DNA from: Myxococcota bacterium
GTDB lineage: Bacteria > Myxococcota_A > Polyangia > Polyangiales > Sandaracinaceae
Assembly (NCBI GenBank): GCA_036149055.1
Contig: JAYZQJ010000157.1
Span: 1-57,766 of the forward strand
Reading direction: 5' to 3'
Length of the DNA: 57,766 nt
A program made the position numbers and the translations under genes. Each line of letters begins with the position of its first letter. Positions within the stretch are counted from its first letter, which is position 1. The notes beneath the pieces are model-generated. The model did not search any database, had not been told where the DNA came from, and saw nothing but the letters and a program-made list of their open reading frames with translations. This document shows positions 41,401-49,819 of this stretch, one piece after another.

Positions 41401-44400
41401 GCGCTACCGGCAGATCCTCGACATCGACGCCGCCGACGCCGGCGCGCTCGCGGCGCTCGACCGGCTCGCGCTGGCCGGGGAGCGCTGGGAGGAGCTGGCC
41501 GGGATCATCGAGCGGCGCCGCGAGGTCGCCGAGAGCGAGGACGCGCGGCGGGAGCTGACGCTCCGGCTCGGCGAGATCCGCGCGACCGCCCTCGAGGACG
41601 CGCGCGGCGCGCTCGAGGCGTTCGGCGAGGTGGTGCGCGAGCGCCCCGAGGACGGCCGCGCGATCGCGGGGCTCGAGCTGGTGAGCGAGGCGGACCCTTC
41701 GCTCGCGCCCGAGGCCGGGCTGCTGCTCGAGGACGCCTACGAGGCGGTCGAGGCGTGGGAGAAGCTCGCCCTCGTCCTGAAGCGGCGGCTCGACGCCACC
41801 GAGGACCCGGACGAGAAGCGCGCGCTGCGTCTCCGCTACGCCGACCTGGTCGGCGCCAAGACCGGCGACGCGGGCGCGGCGTACCAGGCGCTCGAGCGCG
41901 CGTTCCTCGCGGACCCGGCCGACCCGGAGCTGCAGGACCGCGTCATCGAGGCCGCCGAGGCCGCGGACGCGCACGAGGCCCTCGCGGCCGCCTTCCGCTC
42001 GGCGATGGAGAGCGAGTCGCTCTCGCCCGACGAGCAGTCGGCGATCGCCTCGAAGGTCGCGCACCTCTACGACGTCGTGCTCGCCCGCCCCGAGGAGGCC
42101 GAGCCGTTCCACCGCAAGGTGCTCGCGAACGATCCGCTCGAGGAGCGCTCGTTCGGCGCGCTCAAGGAGCTCTTCACCAACGCCGAGCGGTGGGAGGACC
42201 TCAAGGAGCTCTACCGCAGGCGCATCGAGGAGACGGTCGACGCGGAGCAGAAGCTCGACCTCCTCCTGCAGGTCTGCTTCCTCTTCGAGGAGCTGATCGA
42301 CGATCCCGGCGCGGCCATCCAGGCCTACCAGGACGTGCTGGAGCTCGATCCCGAGCACACCGCGTCGCGTCGCGCCCTCGAGCGCCTCTACGAGCGCACC
42401 GAGCGCTGGAGCGATCTCGTCGTCTTGCTCCGCCAGGAGCTCGACCGGGCCAACCCGGAGGAGCAGGTCGGGCTCACCCAGCGCCTCGGCCTGCTGCACG
42501 AGAAGAAGCTCGGCGAGCCGGGCCGCGCGGTCGACCACTACGAGCAGGTGCTCTCGGTCGAGCCGAACCACAAGCACGCGCGCGAGGCCCTCGAGCGCCT
42601 CGTGGATCAGCCCGAGCAGCGGCAGCGCTGCGCGCGCATCCTGGAGCCCATCTACGAGGAGCGCGGCGACTGGCCGGAGCTGGTCGGCGTGCTCGAGGTG
42701 CAGCTCGAGGACGTCTCCGACCCGGGCTCGAAGGTCGGCCTGCTGACCCGCATCGCCGGCCTGCAGGAGGACCGCCTCCACGATCCGACGGCGGCGTTCG
42801 CGAGCGTCGCGCGCGCGGTGAAGATCGATCCCGCCGACGGCATGGTGCGCGAAGAGCTCGCCCGCCTCGCCCGGATGCGGGACGCCGAGCGCGAGCGCGC
42901 CGAGGTGCTGGCCGCCGCGCTCGAGCAGGCAGAGGAGGATCGGCTGCTCGCCGGTGAGCTGCTCCTCGAGCTCGCGACCCTCTGGGACGAGGGCGTCGGC
43001 GACGTCGAGGAGGCCGAGAAGTCCTACCGGCGCCTCATCGAGGTCGACCCGGACAACCCGGACGCGGTGCTCGCGGCGTCGCGCGCGCTCGAGCGCATCC
43101 ACCTCGGGCAGGGCAACCACGCCGCGCTCGCCTCGGACCTCGAGCGGCAGGTGCGGCTCGAGCACGACGTCGACGTGCAGCGCCGGCTCCTGGTGCGCCT
43201 CGCCGATCTGCGCGAGGAGGTCCTCGAGGACGTGGGCGGCGCCATCGACGCGCACCGCCGCCGCCTCGAGCTCGACCCGGTCGACGTCGACGCGATGAAG
43301 TCCCTCGAGCGGCTCTACGAGCAGCAGGGGCGCTGGAACGACCTCATCGAGGTGCTGCGTCAGCGCGACGCCGCGGTCACCGATGCCGACCAGCAGAAGA
43401 CCATCGCCAAGCGCGTGGGCGCCATCTACGAGGACCGGCTCGAGGACCTCGACAACGCGATCGTCGCCTACAACGACGTGCTCGGCCGCTTCGATCGCGA
43501 CGCCGAGACCCTGACCGCGCTCTCGCGCCTCTACGAGCAGACCGAGCGCTGGCAGGACCTGCTCGAGGTCGCCGAGATGGTCTACGAGACGGTGGACCAG
43601 CCGGCGCAGCGCGCCGCGGTGCGCTTCCAGATGGGCGAGATCATGCGCACCTGCACCGGCGAGGTGGAGCGCGCGGTCGAGGCCTACGGCGAGGTGCTCG
43701 AGGTCTATCCGGATCACGAGGGCGCGCTCGAGTCCCTGCGGCTCGTGATGACCGCGGACGGCACCGTGCGCGAGGCCCCGGTCGATGAGGAGGCGGAGAC
43801 CGAGCCGTACCCGCCGGAGGAGGACGCGGAGGCCGCCGAGACCGACGCCGACGCCGAGACCGAGCCCGAAGGCGACGCCGAGCCCGAGGCCGAGGCCGAG
43901 CCCGAGGCGGGGCTCGAGTACGACCTGCACGTTCGGATCGAGGCGGCGCGGGTGCTCGTGCCGCGCTTCGAGATGACCGGCGACTACGCGTCGCTGCTCA
44001 CCGCGCTGCTCGTGCTCGCCGAGTCGGACGACCCGCTCGAGAAGTTCCGGTCGCTGCGCCGGGCGGCGGAGGCGGCCGACGTCGGGCTCGAGGACGCGTC
44101 GCGCTCGTTCGAGCTGATGGGCCGCGCGATCCGCGCCGGCATCGCCGAGGACGACCTCGGGGTGATGCTGCGCGACTTCCGCCGGCTCGCCGACCAGTCG
44201 GAGCGCTACGCCGAGTACGCCGGGCTGCTCAAGGACGTCGCGCCCGAGATCCTCGACGGGGACCTCCAGGTCTACACCTTCGGCCAGATCGCCGAGGTGG
44301 CCCGCACGCACCTCTCGGACGCCGACATGAGCCGGCGGCACTGGGAGCGCGTGCTCGAGGTGCAGCCCGACAACCGCCAGGCGCTCGACGCCCTCGAGGC

Positions 44401-47400
44401 GCTGACCGCCGAGGCCGGCGACCACCCGGCGCTGCTCGAGGTGCTCCGCCGCAAGACGGAGCTCGCCGACGGCCCGGACGAGCGGGTGTCGCTGCTGCTG
44501 CGGCGCGCCGAGATCTGCGAGACCCGGCTCGAGGAGCTGCCGGCCGCGATCGACTGCTACGAGCAGGCCCTGGGCGAGACCCGGCCGCGCGAGGCCTACG
44601 AGGGGCTCGAGCGGCTCTACGCCAAGGCGGAGCGCTGGCCGGATCTCTCGATGCACTACGAGCGCATGCTCGACGAGGGCGTCGGGGACGCGGTGGAGCT
44701 GCGGCACAAGCTCGGCGTCACCCAGCTCGACCGGCTGGAGGACGCGTGGGCGGCCATCGAGCAGTTCAGCGCCGCGCTGCAGCTCGACGTCACCCACCAG
44801 CCGAGCATCGAGGCGCTCGAGCGGCTGATGGAGCGCGAGGACCACCGGGCCCAGGCGGCCGAGATCCTCGAGCCGGTCTTCCTCCAGCAGATGGCCTGGC
44901 CCAAGGTCACCGCGTGTCTCGAGGCCCGCATCGCGGCCGAGGCGGACGTGGAGGAGCGCAAGGCGCACTTGCAGCGGCTCGGCCAGATCCACGAGGACTA
45001 CCTCGAGGATCTCGACGGCGCCCTCGAGAGCTACGCGCGCCTCTTCCGCGAGGACCCGCGCGACGAGGGCACCTGGGAGACCCTGGCGCGGCTGGCGCGC
45101 GTGCTCGAGAAGTACGACCGGCTCGCCGAGATCTACGAGGGCGCGCTCGAGGACATCACCGTCGACGACGAGCAGACGGCCAAGCTCGCGGTCACCGCGG
45201 CGCAGATCCACGATCAGCGCACCGGCGACCTCGAGGCGGCGTCTCGCCTCTACGCGCGCGCGCTCCGCTTCGAGCCGGGCGACCACGGGGTCTTCGTGGC
45301 CCTGGAGTCGGTGCTCGAGCGGCGCGAGGCCTGGGACACGCTGCTGACGCTCTACCGCGAGCAGGCGCAGGTGGCCGAGGAGGAGCAGGACCGCATCGCG
45401 CTGCTCCGCAAGAGCGCGCGCCTCCTCGAGGGGCAGCTCGGTCAGCCCGACCGCGCCATCGAGACCTACCGCGACATCCTCGTGGTGGACCCCGAGGACC
45501 CGAACGCGATCGCCGCGCTCGACGAGCTGCTGACCGCGCAGGAGCGCTGGCCGGAGCTGGCCGACCACCTCCGCCATCAGGTGGAGCTGGCGAGCGGCGA
45601 GCCCGACGAGAACGACCTGAAGCTCAAGCTGGGCGAGACGCTCCAGCACCGCCTCGAGGACGTGCACGCCGCGATCGACGTCTACGAGGAGATCACCCAG
45701 GACGACCCGCACCACACCGACACGGTGGCCGCGCTCGAGAAGCTCGTGCAGCAGCCCGAGCACCAGCTCCGGATCATCCAGATCCTCGAGCCCATCTACC
45801 TCGCGACCGACCAGTGGCGGAAGCGCATCGCCATCTACGAGGCGCAGGTCGAGGCGGTGGACGACCCCTACGACAAGGTGCGGCTGCTCTCGCAGATCGC
45901 CGAGCTGCACGAGACCCGCTCGCAGGACATGCAGCTCGCCTTCCACGCGTGGGCGCGGGCGATGGCGGTCGAGCCGCCCAACCAGGAGGTCCGCGATCAG
46001 GTCGACCGGCTCGCCAACGAGCTCGGCACCTGGGACGCGCACGTCGCGGCCTACGAGCAGGCGCTGACCCAGTCGACCGACCCGAGCGTGCAGAGCGCGC
46101 TGCTCGGCCGGATCGCGCGGGTGCACGACGAGAAGCGCGGTGACCCGCGCAGCGCCATCGAGACCTACGAGCGCCTGCTCGAGGTGGACCTCGACGACCC
46201 GTCCCCGCTCGACTCGCTCGAGGCCCTCCACACCATGGTGGGCGACTGGCGCGGGCTGGTGGACGTGCTCCAGCGCAAGACCCAGCGGGCCTACGATCCC
46301 GCCGAGCGCGGGGAGCTGCTCCGCCGCGCCGGCTCGGTGCTCGAGGAGCTGCTCCAGGACCGGAGCGGCGCCGTCGAGGCCTACCGTCAGGCGCTGGTCG
46401 AGGACGAGATGGACGACATCGCCCTCGAGGCCCTCGACCGCCTCTACACGGCGGCCGAGGACCACGAGCGGCTCGGCGACGTGCTCCAGCGGCGGCTCGA
46501 CGTGGAGCAGGATCCGGAGCTCCGGGTGGACCTCGCGCTCCGGCTCGGCCGCGAGTACGACGAGCACCTGCGCCGCCCCGAGGACGCGATCGACGCCTAC
46601 CGGCGCGTGCTCGACGACGCGCCCCAGCACGCCGACGCGGCCCTCGCGCTCGCGCGGCTCTACGAGCGGCAGCGCATGTGGCCGGAGCTGCTGGACAACC
46701 TGCGCATGCAGGCGGCGACCCAGGAGGATCCGCAGCTGCGCGTGCAGCTCCTCTTCCGGGCGGGCGAGGTGCTCGAGCGGGAGATGGACGACGTCCTGAC
46801 CGCGCTGCCGACCTACGAGGAGGTGCTGCAGCTCGACAGCCACTTCGAGCCCGCGATCGACGCGCTCCTGCGCATCAGCAAGCTCGAGGACTACCGGGTG
46901 CAGGCCTCCGAGATCGTCGAGCCGCTGCTGCGCACGCAGGAGCGCTGGGACGAGCTCGCCGAGCTGCTCGAGGGCAAGGTCAGCGCGGCCTACGACCCCG
47001 AGGACAAGCGGGTGGAGCTCCGCCGCCTCGCCGAGGTGCACGAGCTCGGCCGCCACGACAAGGCGGCCGCGTTCCGGGCGCTCTCCCGTGCGCTCGCCGA
47101 GGACCCGGCCGACGGCACGACCGCCGACGACATCGAGCGGATCGCGGCCGAGCTCGGCCAGTGGGACAAGGCGGCCGACGTCTTCGCCGAGCGGGCCTCG
47201 AGCGTGCTCGATCCCGACACCTCGCGCGCCCTCTACAACCGCCTCGCCCGGATCGCCGAGCAGCACCTCGAGGACGACGCGCGCGCGGTCGAGGCCTACA
47301 CGCGGGCCATCGAGCAGGCGGGCGACGACCCCGAGTCGTTGTCCGCCCTGGACCGCCTCTACACCAAGATGCAGGCGTGGTCGGAGCTCGGCGAGATCCT

Positions 47401-49819
47401 CGACCGCCGCATCCAGGCGTCGATGGACCCGGCCGAGCGGAGCGAGCTCCTCGTTCGCCTCGGGACGCTGAAGCAGGAGCAGTTCGCCGATCTCCGCGGC
47501 GCCTTCCGGGCCTTCCAGGAGGTCCTCGACCGCGACGCCAGCGAGCCCCGCGCGGTGGCCGCGATGGAGTCGCTCCTCGAGGACGACGAGCTGGCGCCCG
47601 ACGTGGTCGAGGTGCTCGAGCCCGTCTACCGCCAGACCGAGGCCACCGAGAAGGTCGCCGCGCTCTACGACGTGCGCATCCACCTCGCCGAGACCACGGG
47701 GGAGCGCGTGCGCTTCCTCCAGGATCAGGCGCTCGTCTACGAGAACGAGCTCGGCGACGCCGGGCGCGCGCTCGACGCGCTCCGCCGGGCCTTCGAGCTC
47801 GACCCGCGGGACGAGGTGCTGGCCGGAGATCTCGAGCGGCTCGCGCCGACGGTCGAGGGCGGCTGGGAGTCGCTGCGTGGCCTGATCGAGCGCGTGCTCG
47901 AGAAGGACGACGGCGACATGGACCGCATGGCCGTGCGGGACCTGAACATGCGCGGCGCCCGCTGGTACCGCGATCACCTCGGGGACCTGGCGGCCGCGGA
48001 GGCGCGCTACCGGGCCGCGGTCACCGCCGACCCCGACACGCGCGAGGCGCACGAGAACCTGGTCGCGCTCCTCCGGGCGCCCGGTCGCGAGGAGGAGCTG
48101 CTCGCGGCGCTCGTGCACTGGGCCGAGGTGGACTTCGACGAGGACGCCAAGAAGGAGCGCCTGCGCGAGGCGGCGGCCATCGCGGAGTCGGCGCTCGGCA
48201 AGCCCGAGCGGGCCGCGGCCTGCTTCGACCAGATCCTCGACGCGGATCCCACCGATGCTCACGCGCTCGACGCCCTCGTGCGGCTCGAGGGCGCGGCCGG
48301 CAACCACGCGCGGGTGGCCGAGCTGCTCGAGCGGCGGGTCGACGTGGAGATGGATCCGGAGCGGCGCGTGGTCCTGCGCAAGCAGCTGGCGGGGACCTTC
48401 GCCGAGCTCGGCCGCACGGAGGACAGCATCGAGGCGTGGCGCGGGGCGCTCGACGAGGAGCCGACCGACCTCGAGTCGATCGGCGCGCTCGAGGCGCTCT
48501 ACGAGACGACCGAGCGCTGGAGCGACCTCGAGGAGCTCGTGCAGCGGCGGCTCGACGTCGCCGAGACGCCCGCCGACCGCATCGCGGCGCGGGTGAGGCT
48601 CGCGCGCCTGATGGAGTCGCGCTTCGGCCGCCGCGAGGAGGCGATGGATCAGCTCCGGGAGATCCTGGAGGAGGATCCGGGCAACGCCGACGCGCTCGAC
48701 GAGCTCGAGCGCCTGCACACCGTGGGCGAGGAGTGGGACGAGCTGGTGGAGCTGCTCGAGCGCCGCATCCAGGACGCGCAGGCGGCCGGGGACGGCGACG
48801 CCGAGCTCGACATGCTGGTCCGCCTCGCCTCGGTGCACGTGGAGCAGCGCGGCGACGCCGAGCGCGGCATCGGCATCTACGGCCGGGTGCTCGAGCGCGA
48901 CCCGCAGCACGGGGGCGCGCTCACCGCGCTCGTGGCGCTGAACGAGGAGCGCGAGGACTGGCCGGCCGCGGTGGACGCGCTCGAGCGCCTCGAGCAGGTG
49001 CAGCAGGGCGAGGACGCCATCGCCACCGCCCGGAAGATCGCCGGGCTGGCGGAGGAGCGGCTCGAGGACGCGGTGCGCGCCGAGGCGGCGCTGCGCCGGG
49101 CGTTCGAGCTCGACGGCGGCACCGCCGAGTCCCGCGAGGCGCTCAAGGCGCACTACGAGAAGCACGGCATGGCCGAGAAGCTCGCCATGATGCTGACGAT
49201 GGACGAGGCCGAGACCGAGGACCCGAGGGAGAAGGTCGCGCTCCTGAAGCGCATCGCCGATCTCTACGCGGGGCCGCTCTCGGACCCGGGCTCGGCCGCG
49301 CAGTATCTGGAGCGCGCCTCGCAGATCGATCCCGAGGATCGCGACGTGCTGCTCCCGCTCTGTGACCTCTACATCGCGGCGGGGCGCCAGCAGGACGCCA
49401 TCCCGGTGCTCGAGCAGATCGTCGCGAGCTACGGCAGCCGCCGCAACAAGGAGGTCGCCGTCTACCACCACCGCCTCGGCCGCGCGAAGGAGTCGATGGG
49501 CGACCTCGAGGGGGCGATGGAGTCCTACGACGCCGCCTTCAAGATCGATCTGACGAACGTGCAGGTCCTGACCGACCTCGGCCGGCTCTGCCTGACCCGC
49601 GGCGACCTGGACCGCGCCCAGAAGACCTTCCGCGCGCTGCTCCTCCAGAAGCTGCAGCCGGAGGACGGCATCACCAAGGCGGACGTCTACTTCTACCTCG
49701 GCAGCATCTCCTCGAAGCAGGGCGACGACCGCAAGGCGATCAGCATGCTCGAGCGGGCGCTCGCCGAGGACTCGGAGCACGCGGAGGCGACCGCGCTCCT
49801 CGGTCAGCTCAAGGGCTGA
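38447..49819 (+). CDS. Giant (3790 aa) cytoplasmic TPR-repeat protein, AgmK-like
   Basis: Dozens of A..Y..VL..DP....A..ALE.LY....W..L repeats; no signal peptide; size and repeat style resemble the myxobacterial gliding protein AgmK (inferred). Confidence 0.85.
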   Translation: MASQTVSHLLGTLQQDPDNDEALQGIAALAEDGSEALDRDSVQMLDTARKGHDQRAEYRAVAQILDVEARVWAQDDPDRASTFLKELGRIYREELLDDARAKDAYERALELRPGDDDVQDAITQIDQAAERWSDFARRFIEEAESASDNPSMRSSLLVSAASLIWKYKDEAAEEVDDLFRQALAVAEGDARATRLYEQVLRQRSEWNELVRVLLEAAEKTKDKEHKAQFFLRAARVLKNELEDPSRAAASYERVLDYQPGQSEAMSYLAAHFTEQEDWDHLVALYEDALRSRTKLEDEAGALLQIGMVQWRFRDAPEEAEPYFARLRKMDPAHPGMLDFYRAHLAEDPDRWVTLLTDAQRVATTDEQKLQLAIELAKAAQESGSTERAIDAWKIVLRADPTHPAAPEALKALYEKTEKWNALVEVLKGEADRIPDEEAEKKIALLRQLVPIYRDKLGLDVMVINTWNAILQLDPNDDEALEALAATYESTGRWNDLIKVLEAKADASEDAEARVSLYMRVANLWIERFANYNKATAPLEKVIEVEPEHREALASLKEIYRKKRAWSHLYDVLSKESQLASDPEARLTYKLELAELAGKRLHRHADAIELWKEILEQDPDNGEALDHLEKLAEREKDWPTLASVLERRVSESDDDKKKVKTLQKLGVIYGEHLDEAIKAASAWKRILDIQPKNGRALRTLRETFVQAQDFEGLEALYAEQDDWEGLVDVLGNAAEKAQDDAVKVDLSFRAAAIYEERLEQPHRAFRSYERVLGVDPQNERAARALIPIYERDEKHQRMPALYEVLYGHAERDADRLALLDTLRRLSIEHLSDEKGAYGYAARAFELAPTEPEVRDALLASAESGRMHAALVELLQKRLTAVESEEGAEDEQLWLRRRIASVAGEQLGESEQAVEQLEQILAARPDDEEAAEILEGLYRAAGQHDALRKHLLHRVEHTSAESERLRHLRELARLEEDVLEDHDAAASRYRQILDIDAADAGALAALDRLALAGERWEELAGIIERRREVAESEDARRELTLRLGEIRATALEDARGALEAFGEVVRERPEDGRAIAGLELVSEADPSLAPEAGLLLEDAYEAVEAWEKLALVLKRRLDATEDPDEKRALRLRYADLVGAKTGDAGAAYQALERAFLADPADPELQDRVIEAAEAADAHEALAAAFRSAMESESLSPDEQSAIASKVAHLYDVVLARPEEAEPFHRKVLANDPLEERSFGALKELFTNAERWEDLKELYRRRIEETVDAEQKLDLLLQVCFLFEELIDDPGAAIQAYQDVLELDPEHTASRRALERLYERTERWSDLVVLLRQELDRANPEEQVGLTQRLGLLHEKKLGEPGRAVDHYEQVLSVEPNHKHAREALERLVDQPEQRQRCARILEPIYEERGDWPELVGVLEVQLEDVSDPGSKVGLLTRIAGLQEDRLHDPTAAFASVARAVKIDPADGMVREELARLARMRDAERERAEVLAAALEQAEEDRLLAGELLLELATLWDEGVGDVEEAEKSYRRLIEVDPDNPDAVLAASRALERIHLGQGNHAALASDLERQVRLEHDVDVQRRLLVRLADLREEVLEDVGGAIDAHRRRLELDPVDVDAMKSLERLYEQQGRWNDLIEVLRQRDAAVTDADQQKTIAKRVGAIYEDRLEDLDNAIVAYNDVLGRFDRDAETLTALSRLYEQTERWQDLLEVAEMVYETVDQPAQRAAVRFQMGEIMRTCTGEVERAVEAYGEVLEVYPDHEGALESLRLVMTADGTVREAPVDEEAETEPYPPEEDAEAAETDADAETEPEGDAEPEAEAEPEAGLEYDLHVRIEAARVLVPRFEMTGDYASLLTALLVLAESDDPLEKFRSLRRAAEAADVGLEDASRSFELMGRAIRAGIAEDDLGVMLRDFRRLADQSERYAEYAGLLKDVAPEILDGDLQVYTFGQIAEVARTHLSDADMSRRHWERVLEVQPDNRQALDALEALTAEAGDHPALLEVLRRKTELADGPDERVSLLLRRAEICETRLEELPAAIDCYEQALGETRPREAYEGLERLYAKAERWPDLSMHYERMLDEGVGDAVELRHKLGVTQLDRLEDAWAAIEQFSAALQLDVTHQPSIEALERLMEREDHRAQAAEILEPVFLQQMAWPKVTACLEARIAAEADVEERKAHLQRLGQIHEDYLEDLDGALESYARLFREDPRDEGTWETLARLARVLEKYDRLAEIYEGALEDITVDDEQTAKLAVTAAQIHDQRTGDLEAASRLYARALRFEPGDHGVFVALESVLERREAWDTLLTLYREQAQVAEEEQDRIALLRKSARLLEGQLGQPDRAIETYRDILVVDPEDPNAIAALDELLTAQERWPELADHLRHQVELASGEPDENDLKLKLGETLQHRLEDVHAAIDVYEEITQDDPHHTDTVAALEKLVQQPEHQLRIIQILEPIYLATDQWRKRIAIYEAQVEAVDDPYDKVRLLSQIAELHETRSQDMQLAFHAWARAMAVEPPNQEVRDQVDRLANELGTWDAHVAAYEQALTQSTDPSVQSALLGRIARVHDEKRGDPRSAIETYERLLEVDLDDPSPLDSLEALHTMVGDWRGLVDVLQRKTQRAYDPAERGELLRRAGSVLEELLQDRSGAVEAYRQALVEDEMDDIALEALDRLYTAAEDHERLGDVLQRRLDVEQDPELRVDLALRLGREYDEHLRRPEDAIDAYRRVLDDAPQHADAALALARLYERQRMWPELLDNLRMQAATQEDPQLRVQLLFRAGEVLEREMDDVLTALPTYEEVLQLDSHFEPAIDALLRISKLEDYRVQASEIVEPLLRTQERWDELAELLEGKVSAAYDPEDKRVELRRLAEVHELGRHDKAAAFRALSRALAEDPADGTTADDIERIAAELGQWDKAADVFAERASSVLDPDTSRALYNRLARIAEQHLEDDARAVEAYTRAIEQAGDDPESLSALDRLYTKMQAWSELGEILDRRIQASMDPAERSELLVRLGTLKQEQFADLRGAFRAFQEVLDRDASEPRAVAAMESLLEDDELAPDVVEVLEPVYRQTEATEKVAALYDVRIHLAETTGERVRFLQDQALVYENELGDAGRALDALRRAFELDPRDEVLAGDLERLAPTVEGGWESLRGLIERVLEKDDGDMDRMAVRDLNMRGARWYRDHLGDLAAAEARYRAAVTADPDTREAHENLVALLRAPGREEELLAALVHWAEVDFDEDAKKERLREAAAIAESALGKPERAAACFDQILDADPTDAHALDALVRLEGAAGNHARVAELLERRVDVEMDPERRVVLRKQLAGTFAELGRTEDSIEAWRGALDEEPTDLESIGALEALYETTERWSDLEELVQRRLDVAETPADRIAARVRLARLMESRFGRREEAMDQLREILEEDPGNADALDELERLHTVGEEWDELVELLERRIQDAQAAGDGDAELDMLVRLASVHVEQRGDAERGIGIYGRVLERDPQHGGALTALVALNEEREDWPAAVDALERLEQVQQGEDAIATARKIAGLAEERLEDAVRAEAALRRAFELDGGTAESREALKAHYEKHGMAEKLAMMLTMDEAETEDPREKVALLKRIADLYAGPLSDPGSAAQYLERASQIDPEDRDVLLPLCDLYIAAGRQQDAIPVLEQIVASYGSRRNKEVAVYHHRLGRAKESMGDLEGAMESYDAAFKIDLTNVQVLTDLGRLCLTRGDLDRAQKTFRALLLQKLQPEDGITKADVYFYLGSISSKQGDDRKAISMLERALAEDSEHAEATALLGQLKG

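Noticed and set aside
38165..49780. 3871-aa antisense ORF opposite the TPR gene
   Set aside because: Shadow of a GC3-biased gene, where antisense stops are rare; no recognisable motifs. The same applies to other long shadows such as 656..2443, 22254..24371 and most of 9583..15564.
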